Source: Candidatus Sumerlaeia bacterium (lineage in GTDB: Bacteria; Sumerlaeota; Sumerlaeia; SLMS01; JANRJK01). Taken from it: a stretch of DNA of 64,000 nt. The position numbers and the translations under genes are program-made. The stretch is taken from contig JANRJK010000023.1 in assembly GCA_033764015.1 (NCBI GenBank), forward strand, positions 96,001-160,000. Reading direction: 5' to 3'. Shown here piece after piece: positions 52,975-61,288 of the stretch (the first letter of the stretch is position 1; each line of letters begins with the position of its first letter). Under the pieces are notes generated by a model. That model had not been told where the DNA came from and did no database searches. It saw only the letters and a program-made list of their open reading frames with translations.

Positions 52975-53624
52975 CGTGATCCACCAGCCACAATGCCACC
53001 GGGGCCGACGTAAGTGATGTCTCCGGCGCTGACGGTGCCATTCGTCGGGTCGTACGGAAGGCCCGTCGCCTGGCCGCTGATGGTCCCAAGCGAGGCGTCC
53101 GCCACCGAAAGGCCCGGCTGGGAGTCGGGACCCTGCGAAGCGATCAGCCACTGGATGCTGGTCGGGTATCCAAACGCCACCACCAAGTCCTGCTTGAACG
53201 TGGTCGTCTCGTAGGTTCCAGCTCGGTCGAAGGCGGAGTAATCGTACGTCGCGAACTTGACGTTCCCGGAACCCGCGGGGATTCCTCGCCAGTCGCTTCG
53301 GGTCACATCGGAGTCGCCGAAGGGGTCGCGAGGGATCGACGTGATGTACGAAAGAGGCGTTGTGAGGTATGCCCAGCGTTCCTCGAGCGTGAACGTCTGC
53401 TGGCCGGTCGCGCGGTTGTAGTTGGGCGTCGGGACGTAGCGGTTGTTGTCCACGCGGTACGATTCGAGGGCGGTGGCGAGCGAGCGCATGTCGGACTTCG
53501 CGGCGCTTACCTTTGCGCGCACCTGCGCCTCAAGGAAGTTGGGGACTGCGATCGCCGCGAGGATAGCGATGATGGCGACAACAATCAGGAGTTCGATGAG
53601 CGTGAAACCATGCTTCCGGTTCAT
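52971..53624 (-). CDS. Prepilin-type N-terminal cleavage/methylation protein
   Basis: G|FTLIELLIVVAIIAILAAIAVPNFLEAQVRAKVS and C-terminal YDPTNGTVSAGDI. Confidence 0.92.
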   Translation of the reverse strand: MNRKHGFTLIELLIVVAIIAILAAIAVPNFLEAQVRAKVSAAKSDMRSLATALESYRVDNNRYVPTPNYNRATGQQTFTLEERWAYLTTPLSYITSIPRDPFGDSDVTRSDWRGIPAGSGNVKFATYDYSAFDRAGTYETTTFKQDLVVAFGYPTSIQWLIASQGPDSQPGLSVADASLGTISGQATGLPYDPTNGTVSAGDITYVGPGGIVAGGSR

Positions 53625-53679
53625 GGGAGGCCTTTCGGGGTGGGTCGGGGGTGGCATTGGTGGCATGCGGTGCCTTGTG

Positions 53680-53712
53680 CCCGGCCGCCGCGGTTGCGGC
53701 GCGGCGGCCGGG
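53680..53712 (-). other. Intra-operon hairpin
   Basis: Perfect 13-bp stem CCCGGCCGCCGCG / CGCGGCGGCCGGG with a 7-nt loop. Confidence 0.65.
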
Positions 53713-53733
53713 TGTCAGGCTTGGATGAAGCTC

Positions 53734-55242
53734 TTAGCGGCCGAACATTTCCCATTCGGCGACGCGGGATCCGGAAACGGGGATCTCGATCGCGCCGATG
53801 TCCGAACGCGTATCTGAGCCCGGGTTCGGCCGCCCCGTTCCGTTCAGGTCGAATGCAGGCAGGGTGATGAATCCGGCCCCGAAGGCGGCGTCGACTTCCG
53901 CCTGGGTGGCGCCGGCCGCGACCGTTGCGGAAGCGACGTTCGGGGCGAAATCGTCGGCCGCGATGTCCACGAGATCGGCGGGGGCGCTCACGCTTGCCGT
54001 GAAGGTCGCCGCTCCGTTTCCACCGTAGTTCGAACCGTTGAAGCCCCCATTGTCGCCACCGCGGACGGTGTCGATGAGGCAGTTCAAGAAGAACGAGTTC
54101 GAAATCTGGCCCCCGAAGCCACCCTCGATCGAAGTGTCAGCACCGGTGAAGACGCAATTGACGAAGTGCGCGGTCGCAGACGCCGTTCCGCCGTCGATCG
54201 ATACTTGGTCCGCATTGAGGAATGTTGCATTCGAACTGAAGTTGTCGGCGATCGTGCAACCGACGACCTTGAGGTTCGCCTGGTTCTCACAGCGGATCGC
54301 GCCGGAAAAGATGCCCGTTTCGTTCTTTGCGATCAAGCTGCTCCGAACCTCAAGATCGATACCATCCGCGACGAGGATGCCACCGCCGCTCCCCGGGGGC
54401 GTGTTGCCCGTAAGGGTACAGCGGTCCAGGGTCACCGTGCCATCCAGTGTCGCGCCGTTCCCGGTGAGGCGGAGGCCGACCTCGTTGTTGTTCGAAAACG
54501 ATGTGTCCGTGAACGTGGCTGTCAGATTGGACTGCCCATTGTTACTGAAGCCGTGGACATTGTTGCTATCGAAGTGGCCGCCATCGACGTCCACCACGCA
54601 ATTCGCGGAGTTGAGCCAGACTCCTTCGTTCGAGTTCAGGCTGACCGTCAAGGAGCCGGTTGAGTTGAGCGTGAGCGTCGCGAACGCGGCGATGCCCGTC
54701 GCGTTGTCGCTGACGCTGTTCGTGCCGGCGAAGGTCACCGTCGAAGGAGCGAAGACGCTGATGCCGTTTCCGCCGTTGTTATCGATGACACTGTCCTCGA
54801 TGAACAGGTTCAGCCCCGCGGGGATCCCGGGAATCTCGATGCCGGCGCCACCGGCCGGCCCGAGGATGCAGTTGCGAAGCGTGTGCTGCGAGGCCAGGTA
54901 CGAGTTGCCGGTGTACAGGATGGCGAAGCCACCCGCGCCGCTGCCGATCGTCAAGCCCTCGAAGGTGACCGGGTCGTCGGCGTCGATGATCATGCCGCCT
55001 ACCGAGGCCCCGGGGGTCGGCGTGTTGGCGCCGTCCACACTAATGATCTCAAGAGGGCCGGTCAGGCAGCAGAGGGTGAACCCGGCCTCCGTGTGGGTGT
55101 TGCGGACGAGGACCGTGCCCGTGCCGCCGAGGGCGCCGATGGCGGCCACGATCGTCGGTTGATCGTCGGGTACGGTGATGGCCGACGCGGTAGCGGCGAT
55201 CGCGGCGAGGGCGCTAGTGATGATGAGGTTGCGGTTGCGCAT
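53734..55242 (-). CDS. Secreted right-handed beta-helix protein with aromatic C-tail
   Basis: Signal peptide, VPDDQPTI..AI, repeated N-N-x-x-G coils, DLNG..R....DIGAIE. Ends RVAEWEMFGR. Confidence 0.82.
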   Translation of the reverse strand: MRNRNLIITSALAAIAATASAITVPDDQPTIVAAIGALGGTGTVLVRNTHTEAGFTLCCLTGPLEIISVDGANTPTPGASVGGMIIDADDPVTFEGLTIGSGAGGFAILYTGNSYLASQHTLRNCILGPAGGAGIEIPGIPAGLNLFIEDSVIDNNGGNGISVFAPSTVTFAGTNSVSDNATGIAAFATLTLNSTGSLTVSLNSNEGVWLNSANCVVDVDGGHFDSNNVHGFSNNGQSNLTATFTDTSFSNNNEVGLRLTGNGATLDGTVTLDRCTLTGNTPPGSGGGILVADGIDLEVRSSLIAKNETGIFSGAIRCENQANLKVVGCTIADNFSSNATFLNADQVSIDGGTASATAHFVNCVFTGADTSIEGGFGGQISNSFFLNCLIDTVRGGDNGGFNGSNYGGNGAATFTASVSAPADLVDIAADDFAPNVASATVAAGATQAEVDAAFGAGFITLPAFDLNGTGRPNPGSDTRSDIGAIEIPVSGSRVAEWEMFGR

Positions 55243-55300
55243 CAGGGCGGCTCCTAAGGCAGGTTGGGCGGTGCTGGGGCGGCGCTACTGAACCGATTTA

Positions 55301-55338
55301 TGGTATCGATAATAATCGGCGTCCTGTGATCGTCAACA
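55301..55338. promoter_or_regulatory. Tandem LacI-type operators
   Basis: TGGTATCGATAATA (55301-55314) and TGTGATCGTCAACA (55325-55338). Confidence 0.6.
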
Positions 55339-55571
55339 GGATTCTCCAAGTGCGAACGCGCGCGCCCGGTCCGGGCTTACAGGCCCGTTCGCGCGCGGGA
55401 CCCGGTCGGGGCCTCGGCCCCAAGATAGCGAAGATTGATCGCACTAAAGCCCTTGACGACGCGAATCCGCGCGGCGCTCGGCGCGACGCGGGCGTGTCCC
55501 TCCGCTGCGCTCCCCCGCGGGCTGGCGACAAGGGGGAGAATGTCCTTGCTATCCGCGCGCGCGAAGGTCAA

Positions 55572-55585
55572 TGGTGTCGTTAACA
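55572..55585. promoter_or_regulatory. LacI-type operator
   Basis: TGGTGTCGTTAACA just upstream of the GH81 RBS. Confidence 0.6.
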
Positions 55586-55606
55586 GTTGCTTGGAGAACC
55601 CGCGCC

Positions 55607-58600
55607 GTGAACCAACATGTGACCACTGCCGCCGCCTGCCTCCTCCTCCTGCTGGGGGCCCGTGGGGTCGTCGGCGCGGATTCGATCAACGTGAACTTTC
55701 GCGGCCTGTCCGGCGACTCGGTCACCGGCACGGCCGGCGTCTACGCGGAGCCCGCGAGCGGCGCGGTCTGGAACAACTTCACCGGCACCAGCGGCTCCGC
55801 CCCCTCGCTCCTCTCCAGCGTCGGGACAGCCTCCGGTGCGGCCCTCGCCTGGCAGGCGCAAGCGAGCTGGCAGGCCTTTACCCCGGGCGCCGGGCAGAAC
55901 GAAAACCTCATGGACGGGTACCTCGCCGTCGGCTCCGAGGAGTTCGACTACGACATCACGGTCACCGGAATCCCGTACGCCTCCTACGACGTTTATGTCT
56001 ACTTCGGCAACAACTCGATGGGCGCGGACGGGAACCTGCGGCTGAATGGCGGCGGCACCCAGTTCTTCTATCGCACCGCCGGCATCCTTCCAGCCTTCAC
56101 GGGCTTCCAGCGTGTCACGGCCCGCACCAGCGAGGCGCCGCAGGATGGGAACTACGCGCTCTTCGAGGGCGTCGCCGGCGGCACGCTCGTGATCCAGCAG
56201 GCCAACGTCAACGGGGGCCAGGACAGCGGTGTCATGGGCTTCCAGATCGTTGATCGGGGCGCAGCGATCCCCGGTTTCCGGTTGAACGAATCCGTCTTCT
56301 CTTCCTCGGATCCGATCGAGTTGACCTTCGCGACGGGCCCGGGTGCGGCCTCGAACAGCTTCATCCTGGTCGAGCAGGGCGCCAACCCCGCCACGGCGGT
56401 GCCTCTGGCGCGCCGGTACGTGGGTGGCGATGTCGTCCCGGGCGCGGCGCTGGCCTCCGGAACCGTCGCGTTTCCCAACGCGGGAGGCCAGGTCTTCGGT
56501 TGGTTCGACATCTACTGGGTCTCCGACAACAGCGGGTCCACCATCATCGACGGCCCGGAAACCATCCAGGTAATCCCCCCCGAGCCCACCGTCGTTCCCG
56601 TCGGCGCCGGATCCTACGCCTCCGCGCCCCCGTCCCACGAAGGCACACCTGTCCTCACGGAGGTCTACAAGCGCGTCTTCTACATCGACGAGTCCGCGGC
56701 GGACCGCCCCGTGCCGACCACCGATTGGTGGACCGACCTAGTCATCAGCAGGTACTCCGGCGACCTCTGGGCGTATCCCCTGACGATTTCAGCGGATGCG
56801 CTCGGCGCTAACGTCTTCTTCCCGACGGCCTGGGCTGGGGACGGCGGCCAGATGGTGCTCGATTCTCCCATCGAAGTGCACGGCGAAGTGGTGCCCGACG
56901 TCGACCCGTCCGTCGTCCCCATCGCGGACTTCGAAGGTGGCGCCAACCCGGGTGGCTGGGTCCGCACCGGGACCGCCTTCCCGGCGGTCCCCGCCTCCGG
57001 CACCTTGCCCGGCCAGTCCGCCGTGAGCGGCTTCATCGGTTCGGGTCTTGCCAATAGCTTCAACGGCGGGGACGGCCCTGTCGGGAAGCTAACGTCCCCG
57101 GACTTCTCTATCGACCGCGACTACCTCCACTTCCTGATCGGCGGCGGAAACCACCCCAGCACCTTCTCGGGCGGCGACGACGCGACCTCGACCGCAGTGA
57201 ACTTGATCGTGGGCGGCACGGTCGTCCGCTCCGCCACCGGCGCCAACAGCGAAGCGATGTCCTGGGTCCTCTGGGATGTACAAGCCCTCGCCGGCCAAAC
57301 GGGACGCCTCGAGATCGTGGACAACGCCACGGGAGGGTGGGGGCATGTGCTCTGCGATGCGATCTTCCTATCCGACAGCAACCAGTTCTCCTCCGGCGCG
57401 GCGTCGAGCGTGTTTTCCCCGGTGGCGACCGACGCCCTCGATTGGGGCGACTGGACGGTCACCGCGCGGATGGAGCATTCGACCGGCAAGCACATCGACA
57501 TGACCTTCGGCCACGGGCTGCCCTACGCATGGTTCGAGGCCAGCAATGTGGAGCCGATCCTCCGAATGAATCCCGCAGCGACGTTCTTCGACACGGCCGG
57601 GGCGCCGGTCAGCCTCGCGGGTGCCCAGGTTCGCGATGTCGTCGGGGTGACCGTCGGTGGCCGCCATTGGGGTCTCTTCCTCCCCGACGCCACCTCGCTT
57701 CAATTCACCGGCGGCGCACTTAGACTTACCTTTGGCGGTTCAGGGACGTTCTTCGTTCTCTCGCCGCTGCCGAGCATGGCGGATCTCGCCCAGTTCCACA
57801 ACCACGCCTACTCGGTCCCGCGGGACTCGCTCTTCAACTGGGAGTACTTTCCGGAGCAAGGGCGCGTGAACACCCAGTGGAACCTTGTGACGGACCAGCT
57901 CAAGGGGACTGCGAACGGAGTGATCCAGGGTTGGATCCCGCACCACTACCGGAACACAACGAATAATCTGGCACTCGCCGGGTTGGAGTACAACACGCCG
58001 CGCGGCCGCTTGAAGTGCGCCGTCGGAAACAGCTTCCAAATTTCCTTTCCGTTCAACGGGATGGCGCCGATGACGCCGGCTCCGGCCCCGACGGGTCTGG
58101 CCAACGATTACAGCGCCAGCATCATGGCGAACGAGCTGGCGCGCGCGGCCACCGTCACCGGCTACGGCGCGGAGACCTACTTCGGCGGCAAGGACCTCGG
58201 TCGATTCGCGCAATACATGGCTATGGCGACGGAAACCGGTAACTCCGCGAGCGCAGCCACACTGATGAACAGCCTTCGCGCCGCCTTGACCGATTGGTTC
58301 ACCTACACGCCCGGCGAGCGAGAGCACTACTTCGCGCGCTACCCCAATTACCGGGGCATGGTTGGCTTCAACGAAAGTTTCTACTCGTACCAGTTCACGG
58401 ACCACCACTTCCATTACGGCTACTTCACAACCGCGATGGCCCTTGCGACGATGTACGATCCCGCCTTCGGCGAGGACTACGGCGAGTTCGCAACCCTGCT
58501 TGCCAAGGACTACGCCAATTGGGACCGCAACGATACGGACTTCCCCTTCCTTCGAAGCTTCGATATCTGGGCGGGGCACAGCCTCGCGGGCGGATTCAGC

Positions 58601-59410
58601 TCCGGCGCGGGGAACAACCAGGAGTCGTCCTCCGAGGCGATGCAGTCGTGGGCGGGTCTCCTCTTCCTCGGCGAGGCTCTCGGCAACGAAGAGATGGCCG
58701 CCTGCGGTGCCATGGGCGCAGCGATTGAGTCGGCTGCGGTGATGGAATACTGGTTCAACTACCACGGCGACACACTCCCGGTACAGTATCCTTGGACCAT
58801 CGTCGGTATCCTCTTCGACCGCGGCCCCGCATTCGCCACGTTCTTCAGTGGCGATCCGGCATGGATCTACGGGATCCAATGGCTGCCGCTCCACCCGACG
58901 ATTCTCGGATACCTTGGACGCGACCCGGTGTTCGCCGCGGCGAAATACTCGGAGATGGTGGCCGACCGCACAAGCACCGGCAACGGACCCACCGACATCG
59001 GCAACCTCGGCTCGGGCCTCGGGAACGTACTCTTGGGGTATCTGTCACTATACGATCCGGGTGCGGCGGCCGCCGAATGGGCACGCCTCGATGGAATCAA
59101 CAGCCCCGTGGTCCAGACTATCGACACGGGCGGTCTCACTTACTACTTCACGCACTCGATGCGCACATTGGGCCCTATCCAGTGGGACCACCATCTGTCG
59201 GAACCGCTTGGCAATGTGTTCCGGAATGCGGCGACCGATGTCACAACCTACGTCGCCTTCAATCCGACACCGACCGAGCGAGAAGTGTCAGTATATCAGA
59301 ACGGCCTTCGAATCGGCTGCTTCACCGCTTCTCCCAACGGCGTGACGGCCGTGACCGCCCTCAGCGTCTGCGACACAAGCGGTATTCCCGATGCACTGAT
59401 CATCTACTAA
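55607..59410 (+). CDS. GH81 endo-beta-1,3-glucanase, multidomain
   Basis: GAGSY, PTTDWW, DHHFHYGYF, GNNQESSSEA, GIQWLP. GGAG before GTG 55607. Ends SGIPDALIIY. Confidence 0.92.
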   Translation: MNQHVTTAAACLLLLLGARGVVGADSINVNFRGLSGDSVTGTAGVYAEPASGAVWNNFTGTSGSAPSLLSSVGTASGAALAWQAQASWQAFTPGAGQNENLMDGYLAVGSEEFDYDITVTGIPYASYDVYVYFGNNSMGADGNLRLNGGGTQFFYRTAGILPAFTGFQRVTARTSEAPQDGNYALFEGVAGGTLVIQQANVNGGQDSGVMGFQIVDRGAAIPGFRLNESVFSSSDPIELTFATGPGAASNSFILVEQGANPATAVPLARRYVGGDVVPGAALASGTVAFPNAGGQVFGWFDIYWVSDNSGSTIIDGPETIQVIPPEPTVVPVGAGSYASAPPSHEGTPVLTEVYKRVFYIDESAADRPVPTTDWWTDLVISRYSGDLWAYPLTISADALGANVFFPTAWAGDGGQMVLDSPIEVHGEVVPDVDPSVVPIADFEGGANPGGWVRTGTAFPAVPASGTLPGQSAVSGFIGSGLANSFNGGDGPVGKLTSPDFSIDRDYLHFLIGGGNHPSTFSGGDDATSTAVNLIVGGTVVRSATGANSEAMSWVLWDVQALAGQTGRLEIVDNATGGWGHVLCDAIFLSDSNQFSSGAASSVFSPVATDALDWGDWTVTARMEHSTGKHIDMTFGHGLPYAWFEASNVEPILRMNPAATFFDTAGAPVSLAGAQVRDVVGVTVGGRHWGLFLPDATSLQFTGGALRLTFGGSGTFFVLSPLPSMADLAQFHNHAYSVPRDSLFNWEYFPEQGRVNTQWNLVTDQLKGTANGVIQGWIPHHYRNTTNNLALAGLEYNTPRGRLKCAVGNSFQISFPFNGMAPMTPAPAPTGLANDYSASIMANELARAATVTGYGAETYFGGKDLGRFAQYMAMATETGNSASAATLMNSLRAALTDWFTYTPGEREHYFARYPNYRGMVGFNESFYSYQFTDHHFHYGYFTTAMALATMYDPAFGEDYGEFATLLAKDYANWDRNDTDFPFLRSFDIWAGHSLAGGFSSGAGNNQESSSEAMQSWAGLLFLGEALGNEEMAACGAMGAAIESAAVMEYWFNYHGDTLPVQYPWTIVGILFDRGPAFATFFSGDPAWIYGIQWLPLHPTILGYLGRDPVFAAAKYSEMVADRTSTGNGPTDIGNLGSGLGNVLLGYLSLYDPGAAAAEWARLDGINSPVVQTIDTGGLTYYFTHSMRTLGPIQWDHHLSEPLGNVFRNAATDVTTYVAFNPTPTEREVSVYQNGLRIGCFTASPNGVTAVTALSVCDTSGIPDALIIY

Positions 59411-59470
59411 GGAATACCGATTGCACCACCTCCCCTTGACAACAAACAACTCCCCGCGACTGGACACGCG

Positions 59471-60877
59471 ATGATCTCCCAAGCTTCCTTCCTCCCGGCC
59501 GAACATCCGCCACACGAACGCAACGGCGAGCAAGTGCTATCAACCCGCCCCTACCACTCTTTCCCCCGCACCTTCTTGTGGGGTGTGGCGGCCGCCGCCT
59601 ACCAGATCGAAGGCGGAGCCACCGAGGGGGGACGGGGACCCAGCATTTGGGACACCTTCTGCGACCGACTGGGGGCGATTCGGAATGGCGACAGCGGAGC
59701 GGTCGCCTGCGACCACTATCATCGCTACGAGTCGGACCTCGACCTGATGGCGTCATTGAACGTCACAAACTACCGGTTCTCGGTGGCGTGGCCACGGATC
59801 TACCCCGAAGGCACCGGGGAGCCGAACCGGGAGGGAATCGCCTTCTACGACCGTCTGATCGACGCGATGCTCGAACGCGGCATCCAGCCGTCGGCCACGT
59901 GCTACCATTGGGACTTGCCGCAGGCGCTCGAAGATCGTGGCGGTTGGCGCAACCGCGATACCGCGAGGGCCTTCGCCGAGTACGCCGGGACGCTGGCCCA
60001 CCACTTCGGCGACCGAGTCAAAATGTGGTACACACTGAACGAACCGTGGTGCTCCTGGTGGCTCGGCCACAAGGATGGAATCCACGCACCCGGCGCCCGG
60101 GAGTCGGGGAAAGTCCTCCGCCAAGTGGCGCACAACCTGTTGCTGGCGCACGGCGGAGGCACGCAAGCGCTCCGGGCGAATACCATCGCACCCGACCTCA
60201 AGATCGGCATTGTGCACAACTCAAACAACCTCATTCCGTTCACGGAATCGGTTGAAGATGTCGACGCCACGCGTCGGATTTGGGAGGAGCGCAACGGGTG
60301 GCTCCTCGGGCCGGTGCTCCGTGGCGAGTATCCCGCCGGGGAACTTGCTGCTCTCGGGGCGGACGCCCCGGATATCGAGCCCGGGGACATGGAGCTGATC
60401 AACCAGCCCACGGATTTCCTCGGACTCAACGTCTACTTCTCGAACGAGGTCGTTCGCGCCAGTGAGGATCCCCAGTTCCTCGAGGCCTACTACCCGCGCA
60501 CCGACTTCCAATGGCCGATCACTCCCGAAGCGGTGTACTGGTCACTCCGGTTCGCGAATGAAACTTACGGGCCGATCAGCCTTTACGTCACTGAGAACGG
60601 CTGCTGCTACCCCGACCAAGTCAACGCGCAGGGGCGCGTCGAAGACTTCGCCCGCCTTGCCTTCATCCGCGAGAACCTCAAGTGCGTCCACCGCGCCTCG
60701 AAGGAAGGGATCCCCGTCAAGGGGTACTTCCTCTGGTCGATCCTCGACAACTTCGAATGGGCGGAAGGCTATGCGAAGCGCTTCGGCATCGTCCACGTGA
60801 ACTTCAACACCCAGAAGAGGACCCCGAAGGCATCCGCGCTCTGGTACGCCCGGACAATGCAGCTGAACGGGTTCTAG
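59471..60877 (+). CDS. GH1 beta-glucosidase (cytoplasmic)
   Basis: FLWG.A.AAYQIEG, DHYHRY, TLNEP, YVTENG, DNFEW..GY..RFG. Alternative start GTG 59534. Confidence 0.96.
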   Translation: MISQASFLPAEHPPHERNGEQVLSTRPYHSFPRTFLWGVAAAAYQIEGGATEGGRGPSIWDTFCDRLGAIRNGDSGAVACDHYHRYESDLDLMASLNVTNYRFSVAWPRIYPEGTGEPNREGIAFYDRLIDAMLERGIQPSATCYHWDLPQALEDRGGWRNRDTARAFAEYAGTLAHHFGDRVKMWYTLNEPWCSWWLGHKDGIHAPGARESGKVLRQVAHNLLLAHGGGTQALRANTIAPDLKIGIVHNSNNLIPFTESVEDVDATRRIWEERNGWLLGPVLRGEYPAGELAALGADAPDIEPGDMELINQPTDFLGLNVYFSNEVVRASEDPQFLEAYYPRTDFQWPITPEAVYWSLRFANETYGPISLYVTENGCCYPDQVNAQGRVEDFARLAFIRENLKCVHRASKEGIPVKGYFLWSILDNFEWAEGYAKRFGIVHVNFNTQKRTPKASALWYARTMQLNGF

Positions 60878-60880
60878 GCC
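60761..60880 (+). repeat. Direct repeat copy 1: 3' end of the GH1 gene
   Basis: 120 bp, 117/120 identical to 63828-63947. Confidence 0.97.
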
Positions 60881-60900
60881 GGGGAAGCCACTAACACAGG

Positions 60901-60922
60901 GGGGGGCGGCTGGCCGCCCCCC
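60901..60922 (+). terminator. GC hairpin after GH1
   Basis: GGGGGGCGG-CTGG-CCGCCCCCC. Confidence 0.5.
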
Positions 60923-61288
60923 TTAAGATCCGTGCCCCTCCATAAGTTCGAAGTGTAAAGGACTAAGAGTGCTTAGCGGACCCCCACTGAGCTTGTTGAG
61001 GGTTCTTGGCCCGCGGTGCGGGTTCCCGGGTGGGACCATCGCCGACCGCCAAGCCCCTCTTATCCAAGGCCCTTTGGGGGCGCACCTTCGCACCCCCCAG
61101 GAAGAACCGACACCCGCCACACTCTACGACCGTAGCCCCGAGACCCCCGAAGGCTTTGTCGCCCTCGGGTACGCCAAGACACCCTTTCGCAGGTTGGGGG
61201 CTGGGAGTGGAGTGTTGCGCATCCTGACCAAGGGCATCAGAGCAACGGGTGGATTAACGTTTCCAACAACTCTCGAAGGAGCCGCAGC

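Noticed and set aside
47651..53624. Inverted pilin genes as an invertible (shufflon-like) segment
   Set aside because: N-terminal protein identity is high but the codons differ at many synonymous sites, and no invertase is present.
40150..55075. Vicinal Cys-Cys in both non-catalytic tailed proteins (GTCCGG, TLCCLT)
   Set aside because: Different contexts and only two instances, so chance cannot be excluded.
59436..59441. TTGACA upstream of GH1 as a promoter
   Set aside because: No plausible -10 element at 16-18 bp spacing.
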